A stretch of 64,000 bases of DNA. Origin: Amphiscolops sp. MND2022. Lineage: Eukaryota. The position numbers and the translations under genes were made by a program. The stretch's first letter is position 1. Every line of letters begins with the position of its first letter. Location of the stretch: assembly GCA_964187785.1 (NCBI GenBank), contig OZ076409.1, positions 82,834,001 to 82,898,000 on the forward strand. Reading direction: 5' to 3'. Shown in pieces: positions 39,070 through 52,064 of the stretch. Below the pieces are notes generated by a model. The model saw only the letters and a program-made list of their open reading frames with translations, had not been told where the DNA came from and did no database searches.

Positions 39070-39557
39070 CAGAGGTGTAAAAATTTATATTGTTTTGCAA
39101 TATATTGCAATTAAATACAATTAATATATTTATTTAGTTGGAGCAAAAATACAATATATTTATTGAATTAAGGCAAATATTGTCAGAGCTCTACAATATA
39201 TTGCGCAAAAAAATTATTGCAAAATAGAAACAAAATTTCATTTTAAACGGACTAGAAGTGAAAGACTATTAAGGGAGAAATTCACTAAGCTGTTCGCTCT
39301 TTACTGTTTACTGACTACCGCAAGAAAACGCTTCCTAATAATTTCGAAAGTGTAGTCTTTCTTTATACAAATAAACAACATTAGGATGTTTGCCTTGTAA
39401 ATGAATTTTTCTCTACCCAATAAAATATTTCACAATCTATTGTTTTTCTAAAATATTGCAGGACAATAAATACAATATATTTATTGCTGAAATTGAATCA
39501 AACAATATATTAATTTTTTTGAAAAAATATATTTAAATACAATATTTCACACCCCTG
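39070..39557. mobile_element. hAT-type MITE
   Basis: TIRs CAGAGGTGTAAAA / TTTCACACCCCTG; perfect 8-bp TSD GTACTAAC at 39062-39069 and 39558-39565; internal AATACAATATATTTATTG repeats. Confidence 0.88.
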
Positions 39558-41519
39558 GTACTAACCCAAACTCAGAGATCAAAACATACATGGAAGTAAA
39601 GTTCTAACCTTGTGGATTGAATACTATTTTTGTTGAATACTATATAAGTTGCAACTTGATTGAAACTCCAAGTTTTAACTTCACCAACACTGAGTTTAAT
39701 TGTATCAAAAGTTACTATTAGGCCTCTTGCTGTTTTGCTTTATTTGAGGGGTTGTTTACTTCATGGGGTACAGCAGACAAGTGCTCAGAATAAGTGAATT
39801 CAGTTTTCATATATTCGATGTCATTTTATAGAACAATGAAAAGAAAACAATGAAATACCTGAGCTTCAAATCTGACATGTCATTTCAAGTAGGTGCAATT
39901 TAAAAAACGTCAATTGCCAACTCAGGACAAGACATTTTGAGATTTGAAAGAAAAACAAAAAAGTCAATGTTATTGACAAAACTTTCATGTAATCTTACAC
40001 TAACTTTCATGGCATAAATCAGAGAAACGAATTAACCTCGCATTTCGAAAGTACGCAAAAAACGTGGTTAGTTTTATTTTACGTTATAATCCGGATTATT
40101 TACCTTATGTACAAAAACGCTACTCCTATTGTTCAATATGGAAACATAAAACTTGGACCTGTGCAAGATTCGAGCCTACTTCCTGTCTCCGGCGACCAAA
40201 AATGGCAATGGTGAGCAAAAAAATCTAACCAGTAGATTTCGAGCTGCTCTGCTGAAATAAATTTTCTTTGTAACTCTCAAATGTCTGAATATTTTTTATG
40301 TTCAAATGTCTTTTTACTTTAACAATCAATTGGAGCGAAACTGGTTGTATAAAAATACAAAAGTGAGCCCTTCGTGAAGAGATTGAATAACCTATTTTTT
40401 ATTGAGAAATTGAATGCATTTGGAGAAAATTCATTGAATTTTTGCTAAAAGGCGTTTTTGTTTCCGGAAATCGCCATGTAAATTGCACCAATGTTGTCAC
40501 TTGGCCATTGTTGGTTATCACAGAATTGTGTATCAATTTCCTAAATTTTTGTTTCAAATTTCATCTATTTTAGTAGAGTTCTATCAAAAAAGTGATTGAA
40601 GTACAGCCTCGTAAGACCCTTCTTGGAGTTGATCGAATTGTCAATCGGTCAGTAAGGGTAGAGGTGTCAGCAGTTTGTGACAGGCATGCAGTGCAACTGA
40701 ATTTTTATTCATATTTCGATGTTTTGAATGCGTGGAAAATAAAAACGAATGATCCATTCATGATCTTTAAATTATTTATTTACAAAGACTTAGGTTTAAT
40801 CAAAGCAATCTTGTCAAAATCAATTATCGTACTTTGAATTCTTTTCCTTGGTTGCTTCGAAATTCTCAGTTTTTCAAACATTCTCTGTCAATTGAATAAT
40901 ATTTAGTGAACGAAATCAACTTGTTCTACGGTCTATTGACACGAAATTTCATTTTTTATCCGTCCAAATGAACGAACTTTATTGAAATAAAAATTTTCAA
41001 ACAGTGCTCCGTTGGCTAAACTGAAAATAAAAATTATTCTTAAAAAGGCCCATTTGAAAGACACTAATACCCGCCCAGAATATTTGGATAAAACGTTTGG
41101 TCGTTATGTACCTCCTTCGAGGAAGGTGGGTTTTTAATCAACTCATATTTTCCGGATAATGAAAGTTAGCGCAAGGACAAAGGAATATTTTAGAAAATGA
41201 CTTTGATCTTGGTAAACATTCCGGTCTAACATTTTTGCGCGTGATTATTTATCACTTCTGGTTTCATCTTCTAAGATTCCCATACTAATCTAAATAGCAC
41301 AACAGACACAAAATTCAGATAGGAAAATAGTTCTTCTTTCCCACACTGAGATGAAACAATACAAACAATATTTAATTTCGTGATCCCAACGGAACCCATA
41401 CGATTTAAAATGAAACAAACAGACACAATAGTATAATGGATTGTTTTCGATTGTTTTCTAGTACCGAAGAAGTTGTCAAAATTCACTTAAATTCCAGTCA
41501 AGCAATTTAAGCGAATAGT

Positions 41520-43022
41520 TGCAACGTTATGACAGCGTCACTCAGCAGTGCTAGTAACCGGTGTTTCTATTTTTTTTGGACTAATAGCGTTGTCCGTTAG
41601 TTGAGGTATTTGCGCTCAAACCAATAAGAATGTTTTTACTGTGACGTCACCAGCTAAAAGAATGAATTTGCGCTATTACGCACTCCGTAGCAAATCCTTG
41701 CGTCAACTGCTGCTTAGCTATAGCTAATCTTATTACGTACGGAGACACTTCGGGGCGTTTGTAAATTTACAACTGACAGAATGAAGCTCCGAGTACGCTT
41801 TGAGAGGATTTTTGCTACGAGAGGAAACAACGCTTTGTGTGGGATCTGAGAATAGGTTCAATCAATGGAAAGCTGTACTGTGAGCTCTAATAACTATATT
41901 CAAACCTTGCCCAATAATCAACCATCGTAAACGTCACCATCACTCTATTTAAACAAAATTCTACTGAACAATGAACAAATCTTCGAAAGTGTAATTTGAG
42001 ATTTTAACTGAATGTGGAATTTGTTGATCGGAACGTCTCTGTCATGTTACGTATGAATTTGTATACGTAGTCTGAAATGATGCATCGTTTTGTGTTCGTA
42101 TCAGTGAAGATAACTGGATTGCGCTATCTATTGTTCGGTTCCTTTTGGTAGTGCGTAGATTTTCCGCTTCCAAAAACAGCAGTTCCGTTTCAGTCGCGTC
42201 ATAATTTTTGCGTGTCATACTAGTATTTCAATCTTCAAAACTTCCAACTTAGAAAATGACTAATTGTTGAAGTCGGCGTGCGTCGGTCAGTAAAAATTAT
42301 GAGCGGACTCTTATTTGACGTTCAAACAAGAAGTACACTAAGTTGAACAAGGATGTTTTCAAGAAGTGTGCCGGAAAAGCGAAGCAACTAGGAGTTCCGA
42401 TACCTGATTTTACGACGCAGGACTGAAATGATGATTCATCGGGGCTTTTTAGTGAACAAAACCAATTTTTGCTATACCTAGAAATTTTCAGGTGAGAAAC
42501 TAATGATGCCAGTAAAGTAAAAATATGTTGGTTTTTTTAATTTAGACAGTTTATTGTTAATTGTTTTGCATGTTGCAATCAACGTTGATGAAACGAAAAA
42601 TACATTTCTTTGACCAATTCACAAATTGTAAAGACTTTCCTCTTCTCAACTCAGAATGACAACTAGGAGCCAAAAGAGAAAAGCAGTAGCTGAGCTAGCA
42701 TCATGATATTTTGAATCTTCTGTAGCTGAAAACAGTCAAACTGATTATCTAGTAGCTAGACCAAGCAAAAAAAGAAGCTGAGAATTTTGACGAAATTGAA
42801 ACGTCACTAAGTATGGAAATATTGTCCGATCTAACAAAAATCTTGGCGGAAAATCAATAGGAAGTGTTAAAAGTCATAGCTCCTACCGTTAAGAATTCAA
42901 CACTTCCTCAAAACTTAGATGACTCTGATTCCGAAACAGAAAACACTCATTCTGCATCAAACTCAAAACCCATAAAAACAAAAACTATTACTTCCTAGAA
43001 CACTCCGGTAAGAAGCTGTGAC
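41520..43022 (+). mobile_element. Possible long solo-LTR-like retroelement remnant with a decayed gag-like start
   Basis: TG...TGTGACA ends and a broken ORF MTTRSQKRKAVAELAS* near 42657. No TSD found, so boundaries are tentative. Confidence 0.3.
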
Positions 43023-43149
43023 ACATGTCTTCAAAGCAAATAGCGAATTTCGCATGACTGACTGCTTATCTGAAAGAATCTTCTCTTCAGTCGAATTCTC
43101 ACGTTCGCGAAACAAAATCGCAATCTCGCGATTGCCCTGTCTTGACGTT

Positions 43150-43340
43150 TGAGGCTGAGTGGACGAAGAGTTGGTAGTATCAATTCAACTGTATTCAGAG
43201 AAGTTAACAGAAAAGTAATTTACAAAATAAACATCAGAAGGTATTGAGCATCTCCCGCTGAAAAGCGTGACTTGTTCTAATGGATACATATCGAGAAACA
43301 TGTTTCTGGCTACGAAACTTGTTATGACCTCTATATATCT
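43150..43340. repeat. ~200-bp direct repeat, partner at 46839-47050
   Basis: GAGGCTGAGT..GACGAAGAG.TGGTAGTATCAATTCAACTGTATTCAGAGAAGTTAACA shared by both copies. Confidence 0.8.
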
Positions 43341-43899
43341 TGAAACTCCCCCTTCTTGGAGCTCGATTACAAGTATGTTCTCCGGAGAGTGTTTTGCTGA
43401 ACATTTCAACCGAATTTTTGCCAAGGCAGCAATCACTTCACTGGTTGGACAAAACGCAACATTCAAGTGTCGTTTTTCCCGTTTTTTCTTGTAAAAAGCT
43501 CAACTTGATTGCAGAACGCTTCCCTTTCTGAGAGTTCACTGTACTTTTGGTTATCGCAATACACGTCTGATTGTATACATGTATCTTGGTAGGCTTTTCC
43601 GTGTATATTCCTATCTCGTTTGCTCTAGAACTGAGCAACTGCAAATAATGACAATTATTCTGCCTCAGCTGTTGAAGTCGCTACCGTTGTCTGTAACTTA
43701 GAACTCCAACTATTAGCTCCTGATTCTGAGTTGAGAACCAATGATGGACTTCCTTTCATCTAACTTTTCTGCCTAATCGGCATCACTAAAACCTGTGAGC
43801 TCGAGTTTTTTAGATTCTCTATACGTCAGTTTTCTACATTCTGTTGCCTTGAGATACCTCAAAGTGTGTTTTTCTTCTAACTATTGTTCACGGCTGGGT

Positions 43900-46215
43900 G
43901 TTGAACTTAACGATTTAAGCTCTCACAGCGAAAGTTATATCAGGGCTTGTTGTTCAATGCTCTTCGGTAACTCATGATCAACAAAATCACTTTGATATGC
44001 GAGCGTTTCGCTTTCATGGAACTCAGGCGAACCTAAACCGTAAGACAAGTTGCTGTTAGGCAGCCTTATTTTTCGTCCGTACTTAGTCGTAGTATGCACA
44101 GTCGAACTATGCGGTTGAGTTTGTGTTATACTCTCGTCATATCTTTCCGTAACCAATGTTTCTGGATTACAGCCTAAATCACCGTTTTGCAATTCACTCA
44201 TATCGCCTATCAAGTTTGTATCGGCGACTGATTCCGTGTATAGCAACTCTATTTCACTCCTGCTTTCGTTGACTTCGGAGAAAAGTTCACTGTCACTTTC
44301 AGTCTTGGCGAAGTGTGTTTTACATAAAAAACTAGTCTCGTTGAGTTTAATACTGCGGCTACTTTTCGTGATGAGCTCTGCGCCATCAAACAATCCGATC
44401 AAATGTGACTCAGAATTGTTGCTATTGCCGAGTAAAAAAACCTTCCATGGTTTAACTTTCCAACTTGTTTCGCTTTGGCTTATCTAATACATGATTACAT
44501 GACACCCAAAAACTCGAAAATGAGACACGTCTGGTGTCTAGTCGAAAAAATTTTCAATCGGTTTTGTGCCCTGAGCAGAGTGAAGGCATCGGTTTTTTTA
44601 TATGGAAAGCTGATCGGCATGCGAATGACCAAAATGATTCAGGTAAGGTTCCCCAAACTCGTTCTATTTTAACGTTTTGTTCCGGAGTGTATTCACAAGT
44701 AAACTCCTGATGAATTCCTTGCTGTAAACAAATGTCAGCGAAATTTCCAAATTTGAACTCTCTAGCATTATCAGTGACAATCGAAGTTTCCCTAGCTCAG
44801 CAATAAACCTCAAAAGCTTCGTTCCTTCTTCGGCTGTTGTTTTAGTAGATAAACAGCATCGAGTCTGCTGAAGCTATCAACGTTTCCTAGAGCGTACGTG
44901 AAGTCAACTCTCGACGTCGTGTTCACTGGCGATCATCTACGTGGACTATGTCTTAAGGTGTTTTCACCTCTAGTTGCTACTTGACGGCTTACCGGTAACC
45001 GCTTGGCCTTCTCTGTGTTACACACATCGCAAGGTTCGTTTCCTTCATATCAACTACAGTCTTTGCCAAAGTTCGAACATCATTTTCGTTATTGTGACCT
45101 TGTTTTTCATGCAATAGTTGAAGACTTGCAGCTCGGGCATTGCTTTGCTCATGCAAACAATCAACTTGTAAATGAAACAAGTTACTTTCGCATTTTAACG
45201 GAAAACTTCTTTCTTCCAGAACTATGCGATATTTCGCATTACAATAAACGCTGGCTTTTTGTTCGTTCAGTTTTTGATCGAAACTAAGTTTTTTTGTGTA
45301 TTGCGGAACGTACAACGATTATTCAAATTCCAAGATTTGATGTTGGCCTTGATTGTCTTTTGCAGAGAAACTAATGGATCCTCTACCTTCAATATTGGAT
45401 TCCGTTCTGATACCAGATTACTCTCATCTTGCTCCGTGTAAAATTGACACATTTGCACTGCGTTCACTTTGTCGGCGGTCAATTTTACCACACTTGAAGC
45501 ATTTCACGTCTTTAGTGAATAGTGAACTTGTTAATCAGTCGGTTTGACCTCGGCAACTACCACTATTGAGATTCAAAATATCTCGTTATAGATCAGCAAA
45601 TAATTTAGCTTCATGCGAACACTTGAAATTAGTTACGAATCTTGCAAATCTATTCGGCAAACCTTCAAGGACTACCGAACATAGCTTTGATCACTAACAT
45701 TTTCTTCAATATTGGTTAGATTAGGCTGAAGTTCTTCAGCTCTCATCAAATTATCGCGCACACTATCTTGAGGGTTCATTCTAAGGTTCAATAACTTATC
45801 CAAAGATGATGGATACGAGGACGTTCACAACTTTTAAAATAGTCTTGCAAAAATTTCCAAGCCTGAGAGTGGTTAGGGATTGCGGTTTTTACTAAACTCA
45901 ATGACTTTCTATCTAGACATTGCATCAGTTCGCACCAAACATTGAACCGTTTTTCTTCCAACTTGTTTTGCTCACTAGCAAAATTCGCATTTGTTTCATC
46001 AGGCAAATTTCTCCTGATCAAGAACGACTGTCCTCGATTTTAATAAATGGAGCCGAGCTTCAAAACGTTCCGTTCAGCGAAATACTCAAATTCCTCGTCT
46101 TTTCTCGAAACCAACAACGTTTCTATCTTAGACTGTACAGTACGGTTAGTCATTTATGTCTGAGTTGTGTAAATTAGCGAAGACACTCAAAACTCTAAGC
46201 CTTGGGACCCTGACC
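43900..46215 (-). mobile_element. Degenerate Ty1/copia retrotransposon (gag, Zn knuckle, integrase remnants)
   Basis: gag-like VWCELMQCLDRKSLSLV..AWKFLQDYF, knuckle VKCFKCGK, integrase GIHQEFTCEYTPEQN..IERVWGT. PBS-like GGTCAGGGTCCCAAG at 46215-46201. Confidence 0.7.
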
Positions 46216-46838
46216 TTGTGCTCCTTGACCTTGTGAGAATGTTGCTTCGATCGTTGAACATAAAACGACGTCTCTGGATCGCAAAAAAATTGAATGACAG
46301 GCGTTTTGAAGCAAAAACTGAGCTTAAAAATGTTCTGACTTTCTGTCATGTTTTGCGGTGCATAGCGACGTGCACTTTGGAAATCAACCAAAACAAAGAA
46401 TAGCTATCGGAACGTCTCTCGGAAAATTTGTCACCAAGATTTTTTGTCAAGCCTAAATATAAATCTCCCAGAAGTAAATTTGGAAACTTCCGAAAAGAGT
46501 TTTCAAAAAATTGTTTTTTCTATGTGTAATTTCACTCAACTTCAAACTCATTTCTACTCAGCCTAGGAAAAACAGCAAGAAAATTAACAAAAGCATCAAG
46601 AAAGTTTGAGTCTGAGTTTTGATCGCTTCTCATCTCTGAAAGTTGACTTCTGATTGCATGGCGTAGCGGTTCACTGGAAAAAAATTGCTTCTTCATGCTT
46701 GACTTCTTACTTCTCGCTTCTGCTTGTCGTCCTTCATTTCATTTTTTAGTCTATCTTCGGCAAGTGACTTTTCATCGAAACTTGACAGCAACCTTAGTTT
46801 CAGATGATTGGTTAAGGTCGCATAACCTCTTGACTTTT

Positions 46839-47050
46839 GAGGCTGAGTGAGACGAAGAGCTGGTAGTATCAATTCAACTGTATTCAGAGAAGTTAACACA
46901 AAAGTGATTTACAAAATAAACATCAGAAGTTATTGATTATCTCCCGCTGAAATACAAGAAAGCGTGACTTGTTCTAACTAGAGATGTTGTTCATACATAT
47001 CGTGAAACTTGTTTCTAGCTTCGAAACATTTTATGACTTCTATATATTTT
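46839..47050. repeat. ~200-bp direct repeat, partner at 43150-43340
   Basis: See partner copy. Confidence 0.8.
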
Positions 47051-47641
47051 AAAATACTGGATGTAAAGTTGCAAATTTCAGAAGTTATGGAGAAGTTCCA
47101 TTTGCAGAAGCAGTTTTATACCAATTCACAGTGAACATATTTCGACTTCGACGTTGTATGAAATAAAGTCAAAAATATTTCAATGGTGGTTTATCCCGGA
47201 AACTAATTTTGCTATAATTTCTTAGGTAACTCTGTTTAACCCAATCGACATTTCGCTGGAGTCTTTGTTCAGCACGTTAGCCAGCCCCTAAATCTGCATT
47301 TCCGTCAATTAATCTCTTCGCCAATGTTTTTTCGAAAGTAACGAAGTAAATTATCCTCCTTTTTCTAATCAGTTAACTAATACAGTTATCAGCTATCAGC
47401 GGTCCTTGAACCATTCAGCGTTTTTTACGAAGCCTTTGTCTCTGATTTTCGGAATCACCATTTGGAGCCATGCCGTTCAAGGCATGCCAGAAGTGTTTCA
47501 ACAGCTCGCTCATCCTTCGCTTTCGTCCAACTGCTGTGAACGTCTGCTTATTTCATGCACCGAGAGTGGAGACTTTCTTATTACAGCGGCTTCAAAGAGT
47601 TCGAACCATGTCTCGGGATTTTGCGACAAGGTCCTTTGTTT

Positions 47642-48132
47642 AATAAGCCGGGACCGGCCCAAGTCGGCGCCATATCTAAGGCTCAAAAATAGCAAAAGGA
47701 CTTCAATATGTCAAAGTATTGGTGAGTTGGTGACCCTTTTATGAAAAAAAAATTGGAAAGTCTCACAATGCCGAAAAAAACTGAAAGGGTGGACCCTTTG
47801 GGATATTCCAACATCCATTCTGTCGCAAAACAGCAAAAACTTTAAGGGAGGACCCTTTGGAAAAAAATTTTTCCGGAAAAAAGTCTCACAATGCCGAAAA
47901 AAAATCTGAAAGGGGGGACCCTTTGGTCTCGCCCGGTATGGCATGTTACGCGGGAAAACAGGAAAAACCTTTTTGGTTCAGTTCTCTAGGCCAAATGGTG
48001 CAATTTGGTGCGATAATATTTTGTAGAACTTTTGTAGAACTATTTTGGTCAGTTCAGGTGGTCTTAAAAAAACACTGACGAAAAGCCATGACTATAGTCG
48101 ACTCTTTTCTAAAGAAAAGCGCCGACTAAAAA
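47642..48132. mobile_element. GGGGGACCCTTT family element with subterminal inverted repeats
   Basis: AAGCCGGGACCGGCCCAAGTCGGCGC ... GACTATAGTC hairpin ... GCGCCGACTAAAA; homologous to 17498-18416. Confidence 0.75.
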
Positions 48133-48643
48133 TAGGCCCCTCCGGGGCACACTGTCATTTCTGCTTTAATCTTTCATTTAAAATAGAATCATATCTGGAA
48201 TAAATACGCTCCTGTTTAATCATTATTTAGCGCAGAATCAATCACTGTACCAGTTTATACCGCCTTTAAATCTGTTGTTAAAAAAATCTGTACATGTAAA
48301 TATCATCAAGATTTTCTTATTGACTAGAATCAATTCAGTCTTTTAGTAGTAAATCTCGGACTAAAGCAAATATATATTTGAATGCAGACGAAACTCTCCG
48401 GGAAAGAATAACACTCATTCGCTTCATCTCAATAACTCGGCGCAACGAAAGCACAATTACGAACATTCGCTCGTTTCATCGCACGAGAATTGAATTGTCG
48501 TCGGCAGCTTGAGAAATTTAGGTCTCACGATTACAGTCACTGCCGAACAAAATATCCGAATTATTTAGTATCGTGCGAGAATTTCACTGAAACAAGTAGA
48601 CATCTTCAGATTTCAATAATATTCCTGCTATAACAGAAATAAT

Positions 48644-49133
48644 AACAAGACGGGAACGTCCCAAGTCGGCGCCATATCTAAGGCTCAAAAAGCGTAAAAC
48701 ACTTTTTTTGGAAAAAAATTGAAATTTTTGAAAAAAAAATTTCTTTCAAAAGAAGTCGCATAGTGCCGAAAAATGTAAAAGGGGGGACCCTTCTGGATTT
48801 ATTAACAAACATTCCGTTGCAAAATATCAAAAAACTCAAAGGGGGGACCCTTTGGGGACATTAAAAAATTTTCGAAAAAAAGTCGCACAGTGCCGAAAAA
48901 AATCCAAAGGGGGGACCCTTTGGGCACGTCCGGTTGTGTATGTTTCCTTGAAAAAGTAAAAACTGAAAGGGGGACCCTTTGGAGTAAAGTTTGCCTTCTG
49001 CGCAGAATTGCAGAATTGTAAGAAAAGTGGACCACTCAGAGTGAGATTGTCAACTGAAAAAAACAAAAAAAAAAAAACTACTCACTGTAAGAGTCGGGCT
49101 TTTTTCCTTAAGGGAAAAGGCGCCGACTAAAAA
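48644..49133. mobile_element. GGGGGACCCTTT family element, related subfamily
   Basis: AAGACGGGAACGTCCCAAGTCGGCGC ... GCGCCGACTAAAA with internal tandem units. Confidence 0.75.
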
Positions 49134-49769
49134 CTATGTATTTCTTCAGCAGGAGCTTACAGTGCCATGTTATCGCGTGCGTCAGTGAAATGATGTTTGT
49201 TAATGCTCTAATGAATGACATTTCTACCTTTTTCCTTGTTGTGCCATTCATTTTAAACTTAGATAACTGTCGTTTTTTGTCTCAAAAGACAAAACTGTTG
49301 CAACAGGAATTCAAATAAAACCCCACATGGTCGAAAAAAGGACGACTAAAATGTTCTGTAGAACGAAAAAAGCATTGAAGAAACAAATGGGTAACCGGGT
49401 AACCTTTGAATGTTTTGGATTTCCTATTACGTAAAAAACAACCGAATGCATGAAACATGTTTTCGTTAAAAAAAACGGTGACGCTCGCAAACAAAATCTC
49501 GGAACGAGCGATGCCACATTAATATTAATAGATTGCGCTGGTGAGTTATTTGACGAAAGAGAGGCCCACAAGAAATCTGATTTATATTTGACTAGATCGA
49601 ATGATTACGTTGGCGCCTTGCGTGAGATTCAAGAAGTGCCAAGTCTCGCCCACACGATGCACAGTAATAATTCTGCTGTAGGCAACAATAACCATTAACG
49701 GAAACGTTCACATTACAGTGCATAGACAAGATAAATCGCTACAGACACATTTCTGTGCCTGTAGGCCTT

Positions 49770-50020
49770 CCGATTCCGCAGACATGTCTTAAAGCGAGTA
49801 AAATAGGCAGTTTAGCACTGATTTTGCGGAAACCACGCCCCAAAACTCGGCGTTTTTCGGAAACCGAGGGCATGGGTTAATACGCTAGCCGGTTTCAATT
49901 TGCGGAATCTGGGACCACAAATATGCCGCCAAGATGCCGACAAATGCGTGGCTTGGGTTCCACAAAATGCATATTAACCAATCAAATGGCGGTAAATTTG
50001 AGAGTCTCAGATTCCACTTA
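49770..50020. repeat. Dispersed repeat, inverted copy of 5890-6130
   Basis: See partner copy. Confidence 0.7.
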
Positions 50021-52064
50021 CGTTTAAAATAGCCGAAATTAACCTTAATAAGTCAGAGAGTAATCATAAATCAATTACCACAAACAAGTCCCAATTAATG
50101 TCTCACTTTCAGTAAAATTGTCGGCTTTTCTTTTTTTTATTTTTATATTGGTGCTAAATTATGTTTCATTAATTTACTATACCATGGTGGAATGAACTTG
50201 GACTATAGTGAAATACCCTATTGAAATACTACTTTTCTACCAACTGTATTGAAATTGAAAATGTAACTTTTATTGAAATAATTAGTGTGGAGTTGGATAT
50301 ATTTTGGTTCCAATCGTGGGTCGCCTTGTGAATCTTTTTAACGGCGGAAACGTTTCACAGGGGGATAACAACGAAGATCTCCGAATCGATACCATTACAA
50401 CATTCCATTTTCTGTTTAGTCCTTATGTTTCAATTGGAATTTATTGAATTATTCTGGAATAAGATTTGTATTGAAATTGAAAAAAAAAATAAAAATTTAA
50501 TTAAAATTATTAGTGCAATTGAAAATAATTTGGTTCCAATCGTGGGCCAAATCGTGAAGCTTCGTTTATTAGAAGTTTGCTTCCGAACATTATCTTTCCT
50601 AGCAATTTTCATCTGATTTCAAGAGATAAAATGCAGAAACATTATAGATGTTCCGGAATGTAGGTGTACGAATTACTCTACTGAATAAAATTCTGGAATC
50701 TGAGACACATTGCACTATTTGCTTTCTACATAACTAGTCCTTTTAGGGTCTGGCATAAGTGGCAATTAATTGGCCCCATTAACTTGCCAGGACACAAAAT
50801 TGCGGAAAGATTTCAACTTCAAAGGAAGCTAAGGCAGTCGACATCGAAGGGGAATGAATTCAGTGCACGCGTCTGTTTCCGAGATTTCGTGTCCTGATTT
50901 CCGCAAAACGCTCAGAAAAAGCTTGCCTATGCACTGTATTGCAAGAATCAAAGCTGTTGGCGTATGACATCAAGATGGTTGCGTTATATTATTAGTCCAC
51001 TTAGTTTAGTTGATCAGTCTTTGCCTTCGAATAGCTCTGCGCAAGTTCGAATCTGTGACAGCGCTTCATTTCGTTTCTATTGTTCATTCTGTACGTGCAG
51101 TTAACGCAATCCTGTTTAAGTTTAACATTGCTCATTTATTATTATTGATCCAATAATGCTTATTTCCCATGTATAATGTTCACCGATCATTTCTCACTAA
51201 TGTAAACGTATATAAATTTCTGTAAACAACCTCCAGAGACGTTTGTGTTATTCCTTCGGCTGTAAGTGCCACATGTGTTACCCAATACCCTGTCAAGGAA
51301 CGCCGTCTTTGATTGTTCTCGGTCTATAACCTTTGTTACTTGAACAAAAGAAAATGCAACCACTAAGCGTATATGGCATATTTAAACTCAGGCGAAGCTC
51401 TCCGCGTACGAACTATCAACACGCGTTCGTTTTCATCTCATAGAACGTGCTGCCTCGCTGCTTCGAGAATTGAATCAACTTTTAGAAGACTTGGCAACCA
51501 CAATGGGACATTAGAAGTTTGGAAAGAGATCCAATTTACGGCTTCTATAAAATTTCAGCTGACGCAGAAGTATATAAAAATTGTCAAAATTGCTCTCTAC
51601 AGAACGTTTGCAAAACTCACAGTGCCAAAAAATCAAAAAAGGACCCTTTGGAAACAAGATAAGCTTTCTTGACTGAAAATACCCAAAAAACGAAAGGGTC
51701 CCTATAGTGGAATAATAGAAGAATCAACTGTCGCATAGTGCCGGAAAAAACCTAAAGGTGAACAGAATCCTTCACTCATATATAGCTATTAAATATGTGG
51801 CTGTGGCGGAAGTCTTTTCATATTTTAACGAGAGATATTAGATTGACAGTATTTTGCAGTATATTAGATTTAGAGTATTTTGGAGGTGAAGCTTTGGTTT
51901 TCTTCTGGAAGGTTTTCTCATAAACTGCGCTGACTATAGAGAGCCTGTGAATATTCGTGGCAAAACTGTAGTACGTGGCAAAACTGTAGTACGATAGAAA
52001 TAAGTTACAGTATTTCCCGGCATTAGTTACAGGAACAAATTCAAAATACCTTTCAAAGTAAATA

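Noticed and set aside
50205..50560. ~230-bp local duplication (TATTGAAATTGAAAA..TTTGGTTCCAATCGTGGG)
   Set aside because: Simple diverged tandem duplication with no further structure.
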